A stretch of DNA of 64,000 bases from Sphingobacteriales bacterium. Lineage in GTDB: Bacteria; Bacteroidota; Bacteroidia; AKYH767-A; OLB10. Below, one piece after another: positions 18,302 through 28,219 of the stretch (position 1 is the first letter of the stretch; every line of letters begins with the position of its first letter). The notes under the pieces were generated by a model. It was not told the DNA's origin, searched no databases, and worked only from the letters and a program-made list of their open reading frames with translations. Where the stretch lies: contig JAJTFW010000007.1 in the NCBI GenBank assembly GCA_021299095.1, positions 5,295 through 69,294 on the forward strand. The letters run 5' to 3'. The translations under genes and the position numbers were made by a program.

Positions 18302-19372
18302 ATGAAGGTACTCACAGTTGTAGGGGCACGTCCCCAATTCGTCAAGGCTGCAGTAGTCAGCAGGGCCTTTGGTGCCATCGCTGGCGTTCGTGAACTGATC
18401 GTTCATACAGGACAGCACCACGACGCGAATATGTCGGATGTGTTTTTTGATGAGATGGAAATTCCCCGTCCTGCGTTTCATCTTGGCATTCACGGAGTTG
18501 GACACGGAGCCATGACTGGGCGTATGATTGAGGCGCTTGAAGTGCTATTTCTTCAGGAGAAACCCGATCGGGTGCTGGTTTATGGTGATACCAATTCCAC
18601 ACTTGCTGGAGCGTTGGCTGCAGTGAAATTGCATATTCCTATTGCACACGTTGAAGCTGGATTGCGATCATTCAATATGCGGATGCCCGAGGAAGTAAAT
18701 AGAATCCTGACGGATCGCGTTTCAAAGTGGTTGTTTTGTCCAACTCAAACGGCGGTTGACAATCTGAATAAGGAAGGTTATCCATTCAGCAATATGCAGG
18801 TTCACTTGAGTGGAGATGTGATGCAGGATGCCGCTTTGTTTTACGCCGAACGTTCACCTAGCCGGTCGAACGTGATTTCTAAACTCGGTTTGAAGTCATT
18901 TGTGTTGTGTACCATTCATCGTGCAGAGAATACCGATGATTTGGATCGCCTTCGCGCTATTGCAGCTGCCCTTTCCGAAATACACAGGCAAACGCCTGTC
19001 GTTTGTCCTCTGCATCCGCGTACCCGTAAATTAGCTGCTGAAAATAAACTCGAGCTTCCCTTTACGGTAATAGATCCAGTCGGTTACTTTGACATGATTG
19101 AATTGTTGAAGCATTGCCAAGCGGTGGTAACCGATAGCGGAGGTCTGCAAAAAGAAGCTTACTTTTTCTCCAAACCCTGCATCACTTTGCGTGACGAAAC
19201 CGAATGGACCGAGCTGGTTGATTCCGATTGTAATGTGCTTGCCGGCGCAAACCGGGAGCGAATCCTGCAGTGCTGGTCTACCCTGCCTCAACGCCAACCC
19301 GATTTTAATAGCCGCCTGTACGGTGGTGGATGCGCAGCAGAGAAAATTGTTGACACCTTGCTACGTACATAA
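18302..19372 (+). CDS. wecB: UDP-N-acetylglucosamine 2-epimerase (non-hydrolysing)
   Basis: VVGARPQFVKAAVV, GQHHD, HVEAGLRSFN and DSGGLQKEA motifs. Confidence 0.9.
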   Translation: MKVLTVVGARPQFVKAAVVSRAFGAIAGVRELIVHTGQHHDANMSDVFFDEMEIPRPAFHLGIHGVGHGAMTGRMIEALEVLFLQEKPDRVLVYGDTNSTLAGALAAVKLHIPIAHVEAGLRSFNMRMPEEVNRILTDRVSKWLFCPTQTAVDNLNKEGYPFSNMQVHLSGDVMQDAALFYAERSPSRSNVISKLGLKSFVLCTIHRAENTDDLDRLRAIAAALSEIHRQTPVVCPLHPRTRKLAAENKLELPFTVIDPVGYFDMIELLKHCQAVVTDSGGLQKEAYFFSKPCITLRDETEWTELVDSDCNVLAGANRERILQCWSTLPQRQPDFNSRLYGGGCAAEKIVDTLLRT

Positions 19373-19375
19373 ATC

Positions 19376-20610
19376 GTGCGCATCCTCTTTCTCAGCCAGT
19401 ATTATCCTCCTGAAACCGGTGCGCCTCAAAACCGTCTCAGCGGACTTGCCCGTGAATTGAGTTTACAGGGCCATCAGGTCGAAGTGCTGACTGCCATGCC
19501 AAATTATCCTGCAATGGAAGTCCATTCCAGTTATAAAAGGCGGTGGTTCGTGAGGGAAAACCTGGAGGGCATTTCGGTCAACCGCTCATGGATTTACGTG
19601 AGTAAAAACCGTTCTGTTTTTTCCAGATTGTTGAACTACTTTTCGTTTACGATTAGTGCACTGCTTGTTTCCTCGCGACTTCCCAAGCGGTTTGATGTCG
19701 TGCTTTGTGAATCTCCTCCCTTATTTCTCGGTATAAGTGGATGGTGGATTGCCAGACGGAAAAGGGCGCTGTTCGTATTCAATGTTTCTGATTTGTGGCC
19801 TGAGTCCGCCGAAAAGTTGGGCGTCATCCGCAACCGATTCTTTTTACAAGCCGCTACAAAACTCGAAGAGTGGTTGTACAGGAAGTCATCATTCATCACA
19901 GGACAGACTCAGGGTATTTGTACCGATATCCGTCGTCGAAATCCGGATAAAACAGTCCACTGGCTACCGAATGGAGTTGATCGTGCTCTGTTGAACGCCC
20001 CGGTTGGAAGTGATTGGCGCAAGCGCGCAGGTTATTCTGATACTGATTTTTTGATTCTTTATGCCGGAATCATTGGAATTGCCCAGGGGCTGGATACCGT
20101 TTTGGATGCTGCCAAACGACTACCAGCGGCCGTTTCCTGCTATTGGGTGAAGGACCTGAAAAGGTCCGATTGATGAATCGCAAACAGAAGGAAGAAATCA
20201 ACCATGTTGAATTTCCCGAGTCGGTAAAGCGTGAAGGCATGCCCGATGTGATTCATTCCGTTGATGCTGCTGTGATACCGCTGAAAAAAATGGATCTTTT
20301 TTTGGGAGCGATTCCTTCCAAGATTTTTGAGAATCTTGCCCTCGGCAAGCCTATTATTCTGGGCGTTGATGGCGAAGCGCGAAATCTCTTTATCCATCAA
20401 AAGCCCTGCGGTATCTACGTCGAACCGGAAAATCCAGAGCAACTTGCACTTGCTGCCGAAGAATTGGCCAATAATCCTCAGCGCTGCATTGAACTTGGGA
20501 AAAACGGCAAGGCACTGGTTGAGGAGAAGTTTTTACGATCATCCATTGCCACGGACTTCGCTGCAGTTGCAGCAGAGCATCTTTCAAAAACAGTAAAGTC
20601 AAACCCATGA
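19376..20610 (+). pseudogene. WbuB-like GT4 glycosyltransferase interrupted by a frameshift near 20125-20145
   Basis: The N-terminal ORF (RILFLSQYYPPETGAPQNR...) ends at 20173. The C-terminal part continues in another frame that reads FLLLGEGPEKVRL from 20134. Together they give about 410 aa, the normal length. Confidence 0.6.
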
Positions 20611-21821
20611 TTGACTCAAAGGCTAAAGTGGGTTCCATGCTCTTGCCGGTTTCACTGGCACTTCTCCCTTGGCATCAAACGGTCGGATTAATCACATTAC
20701 TACTGTACATCGGTTTTCAGTTTTCTCATCGGTATTATCGTGAGGAGGTCTGGAAGCGATTTCTTGATTTTCGAAATTGGAGTATGCTTCCCTACCTGTA
20801 CATCTGCTACCTATTCGGTTTGCTATGGTCAGTCAATTTGGGTTATGGCTGGCGCGATTTGGAAACGAAATTGAGCCTCTTTGCTTTTCCCTTGTTACTT
20901 CTTCCCCTTTCGCTTCAGTCATCTAATCGCAGGAAAATCCAGCTATTTTTCTGTTGTTCACTTGCCTTACTTTCCTGCACGCTACTCGTTCTTGCCATAA
21001 TACGATACAGGACAAGCGGTATGTCGTCTGAATTTTTCTACACTGCCTTGAGTAGTCCACTGATGCACCCCTCCTACCTGGCTTTGTACTTCAGCCTCGC
21101 CGTGGTATTTCAACTTCAGCGATTAACAAGTACTGAAAATCGATTCGAAAGAAATGTAGGAATGGCATTGCTTGGTTTCCTGCTACTGTTTATCGTTCTT
21201 TTATCAGCCCGTATGGCGCTCTTGTCATTGATCATTGTTTATCCCGTGCTGATGTGGAAATGGAATCACATGTACCGGTCCAAACCCCGACTTCGTTTGT
21301 TCCTTTGGATTATCCCTGCGTTTGTTATTATCGCTGCTAAAGGACTCTATACAATCAACGACCGAATTACTCAAATCAGTCAATCCGTTTCCAATTCTGA
21401 AGTCGTTGGTGGTGGTGCACACGACAGTGCCAGTGGACGTTTGTTGATTTGGAAAATCGGTCTAGACAAGGCGCTTGAGGCGCCGGTTTTCGGATATGGA
21501 ACCGGTGATGTAAAAGATGTATTGATTCAAGCATACACGGAATCGGATTTCAGCTACGCGCTGGAACGGAAGTTAAATGCACACAATCAGTTTCTTCAAA
21601 CCTATCTGGCTATCGGATTACCTGGATTTCTCCTGCTCCTGTTGGCGTGTTTGAGAGGACTCAGGCAAGCCGATACCGTCTTTATGGCCCTTTGTATGCT
21701 TTTCGCCCTGAACGCATTGACAGAGTCTCTCCTGGAGACCCAGAAAGGAGTCGTTTTTTTCGCTGTCTTTTATGCGTTACTTCGCCCGGCTCAACGTCTT
21801 GGAGATGAATCTCCCGTCTGA
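20607..21821 (+). CDS. O-antigen polymerase/ligase (Wzy_C) family membrane protein
   Basis: Polytopic membrane protein with a periplasmic loop followed by AHNQFLQTYLAIGLPGF, which is typical of the Wzy_C family. Confidence 0.7.
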   Translation: MIDSKAKVGSMLLPVSLALLPWHQTVGLITLLLYIGFQFSHRYYREEVWKRFLDFRNWSMLPYLYICYLFGLLWSVNLGYGWRDLETKLSLFAFPLLLLPLSLQSSNRRKIQLFFCCSLALLSCTLLVLAIIRYRTSGMSSEFFYTALSSPLMHPSYLALYFSLAVVFQLQRLTSTENRFERNVGMALLGFLLLFIVLLSARMALLSLIIVYPVLMWKWNHMYRSKPRLRLFLWIIPAFVIIAAKGLYTINDRITQISQSVSNSEVVGGGAHDSASGRLLIWKIGLDKALEAPVFGYGTGDVKDVLIQAYTESDFSYALERKLNAHNQFLQTYLAIGLPGFLLLLLACLRGLRQADTVFMALCMLFALNALTESLLETQKGVVFFAVFYALLRPAQRLGDESPV

Positions 21822-21851
21822 ACCCGTTACATTTGTTTCACTTTCATACCC

Positions 21852-23081
21852 ATGGGCCTAATACCATTTTCACCGCCACGCATCGATGACGAGATAATCG
21901 CAGAAGTGAATGCCGCTTTGCGCTCCGGATGGATCACCACCGGGCCGCGGACAAAGCAATTCGAACGTGAACTCAGCGTCTTCAATGGTAACCCTAGCAC
22001 GCTTTGTCTTAACTCGGCAACCGCGGGGCTGGAAACCATGTTGCGCTGGTTTGGCGTCAAAGAAGGAGATGAGGTCATACTTCCCGCATACACGTATTCA
22101 GCTACCGCCAACGTAGTGATGCACTGCGGTGCAAAGCCGGTTCTGGTGGATGTGAATGCAACGGACTTTAATCTGAATGTAGATGCGGTGCGCAAGGCCA
22201 TAACACCGGCCACTAAAGTCATCATGCCGGTTGATTTTGGCGGGTTACCATGCGATTATTCCTCGCTGGCTGAATTGGTGCGTTCAACTGAAATCAAGTC
22301 CCTTTTCAAGTCATCACACACTGAACAGGCTAAACTGGGACGAATTCTGATCCTTTCGGATGCCGCACATTCTTTGGGCGCCACATACCTTGGTAAGCGT
22401 ACCGGAATTCATGCGGATGCTACGGTTTTTTCATTTCATGCCGTGAAAAATCTCACCACTGCCGAGGGGGGCGCCATCGCACTTAATCTTCCCGAACCAT
22501 TCGACAATGAGGAAGTATATCGCTACCTCTGCATTCTGACCCTTCATGGTCAAAACAAAGATGCACTGGCAAAAATGCAGAAAGGCAATTGGCGCTACGA
22601 TATCATCACCCCGGGCTATAAATGCAACATGACCGACTTGATGGCGGCCATTGGACTGGTTGAGTTGAGGCGGTATGCCCAGGATACCCTTCCGCGCAGA
22701 AAAGAAATCTGCCTGCGGTACGCAGAAGGATTCAAAGGGCAGGGTTGGGCTCAGCTGCCTGTGCTGTCGGATGAGCACCGCGAGTCGAGTTATCATCTTT
22801 TCCCCTTGCGCATTCAAGGCATCTCCGAAGAGCAGCGCGACCGGATTATTCAGCGGATATTCGATGCAGATGTCAGCGTGAACGTGCATTTTATTCCCCT
22901 TCCGATGCTTAGTTATTACCGGAATGCCGGATATGATATCAGCACATATCCTGTCGCCTACGATAACTTCAGCAGAGAAATATCACTTCCTGTTTTTTAT
23001 GACCTTACTGCAGAGGATATCCATCGCGTGATTGAAACTGTCAAGGATGCGGTCAAAGCCGAAATCGGAACCGCACAGTGA
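21852..23081 (+). CDS. DegT/DnrJ/EryC1/StrS family PLP-dependent sugar aminotransferase
   Basis: The family pattern is present (ITTGPRTKQFE, DAAHSLGA, SFHAVKNLTTAEGG with the catalytic Lys). Confidence 0.9.
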   Translation: MGLIPFSPPRIDDEIIAEVNAALRSGWITTGPRTKQFERELSVFNGNPSTLCLNSATAGLETMLRWFGVKEGDEVILPAYTYSATANVVMHCGAKPVLVDVNATDFNLNVDAVRKAITPATKVIMPVDFGGLPCDYSSLAELVRSTEIKSLFKSSHTEQAKLGRILILSDAAHSLGATYLGKRTGIHADATVFSFHAVKNLTTAEGGAIALNLPEPFDNEEVYRYLCILTLHGQNKDALAKMQKGNWRYDIITPGYKCNMTDLMAAIGLVELRRYAQDTLPRRKEICLRYAEGFKGQGWAQLPVLSDEHRESSYHLFPLRIQGISEEQRDRIIQRIFDADVSVNVHFIPLPMLSYYRNAGYDISTYPVAYDNFSREISLPVFYDLTAEDIHRVIETVKDAVKAEIGTAQ

Positions 23082-23674
23082 AACCCATGAAGCGTGCATT
23101 CGATCTGCTGTTGAGTGTTTTGGTATTGCTTCCCTTGATTCCTCTGCTGCTGTTTATTGGAATTGCAGTTATTTTAGATAATCCAGGCCCCGTCTTTTAT
23201 CGACAGGTTCGTGTAGGAAAAAACGCAAGCCCATTTCGTATCTTGAAGTTCCGGACCATGTATCGAAACTCTGATCGCAAGGGGTTGCTGACCGTTGGTG
23301 GTCGGGATCCTCGTGTAACGCGGGTAGGCTATTGGTTGAGGAAATATAAACTAGACGAATTGCCTCAATTGTTTAATGTGCTGGAGGGGAGTATGAGTTT
23401 GGTCGGACCTCGGCCCGAAGTAGAAAAATACGTGGCCTTGTACGATGACAATCAACGCAGGGTGTTAGAGGTCAAACCCGGTATCACCGACTACGCCTCT
23501 ATTCAGTATTCGGATGAAAACGAATTGCTCGCCAAGGCTGATGATCCGGAACGAATGTACATCGAAGAGGTAATGCCTGCTAAGCTTAAACTTAACCTTG
23601 ATTACATACGTGACCAGGGAATGCTGACCGATTTGAAAATACTTATGCAAACGGCATTGAAAATTCTGCGCTAG
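23078..23674 (+). CDS. undecaprenyl-phosphate sugar phosphotransferase (small PglC/WbaP-type bacterial sugar transferase)
   Basis: A re-entrant N-terminal helix and the motifs KFRTM, DELPQLFNVLEGSMSLVGPRP. Confidence 0.9.
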   Translation: MKPMKRAFDLLLSVLVLLPLIPLLLFIGIAVILDNPGPVFYRQVRVGKNASPFRILKFRTMYRNSDRKGLLTVGGRDPRVTRVGYWLRKYKLDELPQLFNVLEGSMSLVGPRPEVEKYVALYDDNQRRVLEVKPGITDYASIQYSDENELLAKADDPERMYIEEVMPAKLKLNLDYIRDQGMLTDLKILMQTALKILR

Positions 23675-23680
23675 GCTGAA

Positions 23681-24562
23681 TTAGGATGCCTTACCGAAAA
23701 GGGCTATCATCTGTCCCAGCTCATCGACCTTCTCAGTATCACCAAGCTTGTTGTACGAGAAACTTAAGTTTCTAAGCATGCGCAGAATCATATTCTGGTT
23801 TGTACAGGGCTCATAGTGGCTGCGCTGCGGCTCAAGCTTCAGTTTGCGTACAAATTGGTCGATATCGTCCTTTCCGAACACGGAGCCTTTGCTGAACGGG
23901 TTGATGTAGAACAATGGGCGACCGGTGTTACCCTCTTCATCGCTCCGGACTTCAAGCCATACCAGAACAAAATGTTCCGGAAGATTCACACCATACACGG
24001 GTAATCCAAGTGATTGGCAAACGAGCAAATACACAATCGACAAAGCGAGCGGGTTTCCCTTCTTGGAGTCTACCACACAGTTGAGGTAAGAATTCTGTGG
24101 TGCGTGGTAATTGGTGGTGTTTCCAGAAAATCCGTAAGTACTGAAAAAGATGTGGTTGATAACATGCACCTGCTCCAGTGCAGTCATGCTTTCATTCAAC
24201 TCGATCCAAATATCACGCTTTAGTTGAGATATGAACTGCCGCAACTTTTCGGTGTCCAACTCAGGATATTGATAGCGTGCAACAAGAATCGCACCCTGAA
24301 GCAAATCATCGTCTCCGGTATGAATCCATAGTTTAAGGTCTTCGAGTAACGTATCGAATTGAATTTTATGGACAATGTGTGCAATGCGTTGTTGAAGAAT
24401 AGGGTCGAATGCATTGGACCAGGCATCTTCCAATGCGGGGATGACTGATTGGCCGAATCCGACCAATTTCTCCTCGATGTGTCGGTACACATCAAGGTCG
24501 CTGTCATCGAGCAGCTGAATCATGGCTTTGATTTCCGGGGCTTGCTGTTGTTTCATCTGCAT
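23681..24562 (-). CDS. transglutaminase-like / SirB1-family protein
   Basis: The central region (GNPLALSIVYLLVCQSLGLPVYGVNLPEHFVLVW) resembles the transglutaminase-core-2/SirB1 family. Confidence 0.5.
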   Translation of the reverse strand: MQMKQQQAPEIKAMIQLLDDSDLDVYRHIEEKLVGFGQSVIPALEDAWSNAFDPILQQRIAHIVHKIQFDTLLEDLKLWIHTGDDDLLQGAILVARYQYPELDTEKLRQFISQLKRDIWIELNESMTALEQVHVINHIFFSTYGFSGNTTNYHAPQNSYLNCVVDSKKGNPLALSIVYLLVCQSLGLPVYGVNLPEHFVLVWLEVRSDEEGNTGRPLFYINPFSKGSVFGKDDIDQFVRKLKLEPQRSHYEPCTNQNMILRMLRNLSFSYNKLGDTEKVDELGQMIALFGKAS

Positions 24563-24864
24563 ACAATGTTACGGCTTAGGCCAAAGGGGTGCAAGAAAAA
24601 TTAGTTTGGTTTTTCACCCGGACATGTTAACCCAATAACGTTTTAACATATTGATATTAAATGTATTAAGATCAAAGTTTTTTTATCATTAAACAACTGA
24701 ATTCCAGATTTGCTGTTCGAATTAACGCATTTTTTATGGCCAGATCTCTGCAAGGTTTGACATGATTTTTATCGCATCACGCTTGATTTTTTGCTTAAAA
24801 GCGGAACCTGAGTCATATCGTTTCAGTTAAAGGCCTCAGACAAACCAATCAGTATTTACTTATT

Positions 24865-25989
24865 ATGTCAAGCTCAGTACAACAACGATTCGATCAAGAG
24901 TTCCGTGCAGAAATCATCCGTCAACTTGCCGAAGATGACTTACAGACCAATCCGGTATACCGTGATTTTTTTGCGCAATTCAATTCAGGTTCTGTCCGTC
25001 TGTTCATTAAAGCATATGCACACCGTAAGGCCTTGTATAGTGTCCGAAACGATGAATTTCAAGAGGCGACATCCCCAAAAGCTTTCAGGTATCTCATGCT
25101 GGCCGAAGAGGGACTTTGGGCCATTCAGCAAAAAAAACTATTCAATCTGCAATGTACCTGGCGTGCCGAGCAGGTTCAGTATAGAGGGATTGAGCATAGT
25201 GCCCAATTCGGTGTTTTCAGTTCTCATATTCAACATTCACCTTACATCACTCCCGTCACCTCAACGGAACTCGAACTGTACATGTCCTTTCTGAAATCAG
25301 AGCATGTGCAAACAGGTGTTTCAAGCTGGCAGGATTACGAGACGTGCAGAGCAGAGTACCATGCTGGTTACACCAGCGACGTTGCGTCAGAAAACTTCAC
25401 ACCTTCTTGGTACCGTTTTTATGACGAACACATGGGTACCGGTTCACTGATGGACTTGCCGGATATCCGTGGATTGAAAGAGAACCGTTATCGTTCCGTA
25501 GCCAGACAACGAAAACTGGAGGAGATGAAGCAGCAGGCGAATGTTAATGCCATTGATGACAGGCCATACCTGAGTATTTACGATACCGTTTTGTTGGAGC
25601 GTTTCCTTAAGCGTTTCGAGGACAAGGAAACCCTACGATTCTTCAGAGAGATCGAGGATTTGTACCGGAATGCCGAGCGAGGTATCGATGTGGATGAGGC
25701 CATCGGACTTCTGAAAGAGAGCAAGCGCAGTGTGCCGCTGAAATCGGCTGGAGACTGGAAAGACGGAATCGTATCTGCTGCACGTCGCATTGAGGGCGAA
25801 CAAATTGCCAATGTCATGCCTGTTGTCTTCCAAGAATATCTGGTGCGCAGGGAAAATGGCCTGGGCCACGCCTACTCGTTCAAGGATAACTTGCAAGAGG
25901 AGCGTGCACAAACAACGGGCGAAATGGCGCGTAAGCAGATTCTTGAGGGAAGGCGGATCCTCGGGGAGCCCCTGAATTTCCGTTTTTGA
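24865..25989 (+). CDS. hypothetical cytoplasmic protein, 374 aa, no recognised domain
   Basis: Long ORF with normal composition, preceded by a 302-bp AT-rich divergent promoter region. Confidence 0.5.
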   Translation: MSSSVQQRFDQEFRAEIIRQLAEDDLQTNPVYRDFFAQFNSGSVRLFIKAYAHRKALYSVRNDEFQEATSPKAFRYLMLAEEGLWAIQQKKLFNLQCTWRAEQVQYRGIEHSAQFGVFSSHIQHSPYITPVTSTELELYMSFLKSEHVQTGVSSWQDYETCRAEYHAGYTSDVASENFTPSWYRFYDEHMGTGSLMDLPDIRGLKENRYRSVARQRKLEEMKQQANVNAIDDRPYLSIYDTVLLERFLKRFEDKETLRFFREIEDLYRNAERGIDVDEAIGLLKESKRSVPLKSAGDWKDGIVSAARRIEGEQIANVMPVVFQEYLVRRENGLGHAYSFKDNLQEERAQTTGEMARKQILEGRRILGEPLNFRF

Positions 25990-25998
25990 TTTACAGAT

Positions 25999-26913
25999 CT
26001 ACTCTACCCTGAAGCAACTGCCTTCGATGGCCAACTCGGTATTCGGAAAAACCGATTTAGCTTCATCCAGTAAGCCATCCAATTGCTTGTATCGCGCAGA
26101 AAAGTGTCCGATCAGTAAGCGCCCTACTTGGGCCTGATCGGCAATTTTGGCCGCCTGCTTTGCCGTACTGTGAAAGGTTGCAGCTGCACGTTCAGAATGA
26201 TCATCCATGAATGTCGCCTCGTGGTATAAGAGATCAATTCCGCGAATGTCTTCTGCCAGTCCGGGCAGGTATGCTGAATCGGAACAAAACGCATAACGTC
26301 GAACCGGTTGAGGTTCTTCCGTCAGTTCCGCATTGGATACGTTGAGTCCCCGCGTTGTTGTGAAATCCGCACCCGATTTGATTCGGGGGTAAGCCGAAAT
26401 GGGAACGCCCAGTTCGTTCAGTTTTTCAATACGAAGTTTTCGGGGCCTGGGTTTTTCTTCAAATACGAATCCAGTACAAGGTATACGATGGTCAAGAACA
26501 ACGGTACGGACACTGATCTCTTCATCTTCCAGAATGATCTCCGGCGTATAATGCCTGGTTGGGTGAAAAATGAGGTTGTATCGAAGTTTCGTTTGCCCAA
26601 TGCGAAAATGCATTTCCAGCATATCCATCAGTTCCTGTTGTCCGAACAGGTGCAAATCGGTGTTTCTGCCCTGTAAATGAAAGGTCGATAGAAGACCCAT
26701 CAATCCGAGGTAGTGGTCGCCGTGAAGGTGAGAAATGAAGATGTGAGAAATCCGATGGTAGCGGATTTTGTACTTCAGCAACTGCATCTGGGTGCCTTCC
26801 CCGCAATCGATGAGAAAATGCCTGTCTCTGAATATCAGGTATTGTGAGGTCGGATGCCTGTCGTAAACCGGAGTTGCCGAACTGCTGCCAAGGATAGTAA
26901 CTTCAAATCCCAT
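25999..26913 (-). CDS. rnz: ribonuclease Z
   Basis: HLHGDH motif, a short-form RNase Z length of 304 aa, and an ILGSSSATP N-terminus. Confidence 0.85.
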   Translation of the reverse strand: MGFEVTILGSSSATPVYDRHPTSQYLIFRDRHFLIDCGEGTQMQLLKYKIRYHRISHIFISHLHGDHYLGLMGLLSTFHLQGRNTDLHLFGQQELMDMLEMHFRIGQTKLRYNLIFHPTRHYTPEIILEDEEISVRTVVLDHRIPCTGFVFEEKPRPRKLRIEKLNELGVPISAYPRIKSGADFTTTRGLNVSNAELTEEPQPVRRYAFCSDSAYLPGLAEDIRGIDLLYHEATFMDDHSERAAATFHSTAKQAAKIADQAQVGRLLIGHFSARYKQLDGLLDEAKSVFPNTELAIEGSCFRVE

Positions 26914-26914
26914 T

Positions 26915-27682
26915 TCACTTTCGTGAAATCACCATTCGCCTCGAGAGTGTTTGCCCTTCAAACTCGAGGGTATACATGTAAACTCCTTCCGAGAAATTAC
27001 GGCTGTCGAGTGAAAAACTGTTCTCGCCCTGAATACCGTCCATGCGGGTTCTGTAAACCTCTTTACCAATCAGGTTGATTAATCTGAACTCCGCCTCTCC
27101 GGCATGGGGCAGCATGAAGCGAAAGGTAGTAGGACCATCGGCTGGATTGGGCATGTTTTGTTCGAGGCTGAAACCAGTCCCTGTACTCTCATAAATACCG
27201 GTAGCCGAACTGCTCACATTGATGAAGTAATAATCGATGGTGTCAACTTGCGTGAGTGGGAAGCCTGAAAAGCTTCCTAGGGTGGTCGTAATCGCTAAGG
27301 GGTTGTAATTTCCGGCTACCAATGGCGTTCCACTGATCAAGACGCAACCATTTGTTCCGCCAGGGTAGACGCAATTTGATGGTGTACAGGTATACGTCAA
27401 GCCAGGGGGTAGTCCGATGAACTGCGTAAGAGTGATGGACGTAATTTGTACAGTGATGGGGGCTCCACCAAGTGTGGTAACGGTATCCACCGGTACACGC
27501 AGTTGCATATCCTGTGCGTAAGGCTGATTCACAATTGCGGGAGTAAGACCTGTGGCACTATCGGGATAGATACCCGGATCCGTAATGCTGGTGTTGGGGA
27601 CGCACTGAGCCAAAGCATCAGTTGATGTATTCAATGCGAAACAAAACAGCAAGGAGAGCGGGCAGAGTAATTTCTTAAGCAT
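26915..27682 (-). CDS. secreted protein with a T9SS C-terminal sorting domain
   Basis: Signal peptide MLKKLLCPLSLLFCFALNTSTDALAQ. The C-terminal ~80 aa (QNMPNPADGPTTFRF...GVYMYTLEFEGQTLSRRMVI) matches the Por/T9SS CTD pattern. Confidence 0.65.
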   Translation of the reverse strand: MLKKLLCPLSLLFCFALNTSTDALAQCVPNTSITDPGIYPDSATGLTPAIVNQPYAQDMQLRVPVDTVTTLGGAPITVQITSITLTQFIGLPPGLTYTCTPSNCVYPGGTNGCVLISGTPLVAGNYNPLAITTTLGSFSGFPLTQVDTIDYYFINVSSSATGIYESTGTGFSLEQNMPNPADGPTTFRFMLPHAGEAEFRLINLIGKEVYRTRMDGIQGENSFSLDSRNFSEGVYMYTLEFEGQTLSRRMVISRK

Positions 27683-27778
27683 GTGGTTTAGGTTAATGTT
27701 CATAAAGCACGATTTGGAACCGTGCACATTCGACACAATGCCGAAAGTAAGGAACAAGTGGGAAACAGAACCAGGTGC

Positions 27779-28141
27779 TTAGCGCTGCCCCTGCATTTCC
27801 GCCTTTCTGAGCTCAGATACAGCCTCTTCCAGTCCGGATTGAATGTTTAGTACCTGATCCAGCTGGGAAATTTGGACAAGCTTCATGACCATTTCGCTGA
27901 GTCCGGTAAGTACGAAGGATCCGTTTGAGTTCCGGCAAAGGCGGTTACCAACCAGGATGGCACTCAGACCGGATGAATCACAAAACTTACATTCTGTGAG
28001 ATCAATGATCATGTTGTTATATCCTTGGGTACTCAGTAAGAGTAGTTCGGACTTCAACTCAGCGGCAATCAACGTGTTCAACTTCTCTTCGTGAAGCCGG
28101 ATTACCACATACTGGTCATTTTTGTCGAGAGTGAAGTGCAT
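27779..28141 (-). CDS. STAS-domain protein (anti-sigma-factor antagonist family)
   Basis: SpoIIAA-like pattern (IIDLTECKFCDSSGLSAIL). I prefer the ATG at 28141 over the upstream TTG at 28192. Confidence 0.7.
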   Translation of the reverse strand: MHFTLDKNDQYVVIRLHEEKLNTLIAAELKSELLLLSTQGYNNMIIDLTECKFCDSSGLSAILVGNRLCRNSNGSFVLTGLSEMVMKLVQISQLDQVLNIQSGLEEAVSELRKAEMQGQR

Positions 28142-28219
28142 GGGCCGGTGAGGTTGGTTAACAAATGTAGGTGACAGCAAGCGATATGTCAAGGCTGCTG
28201 GGCTACTCTTGTTAACGGA

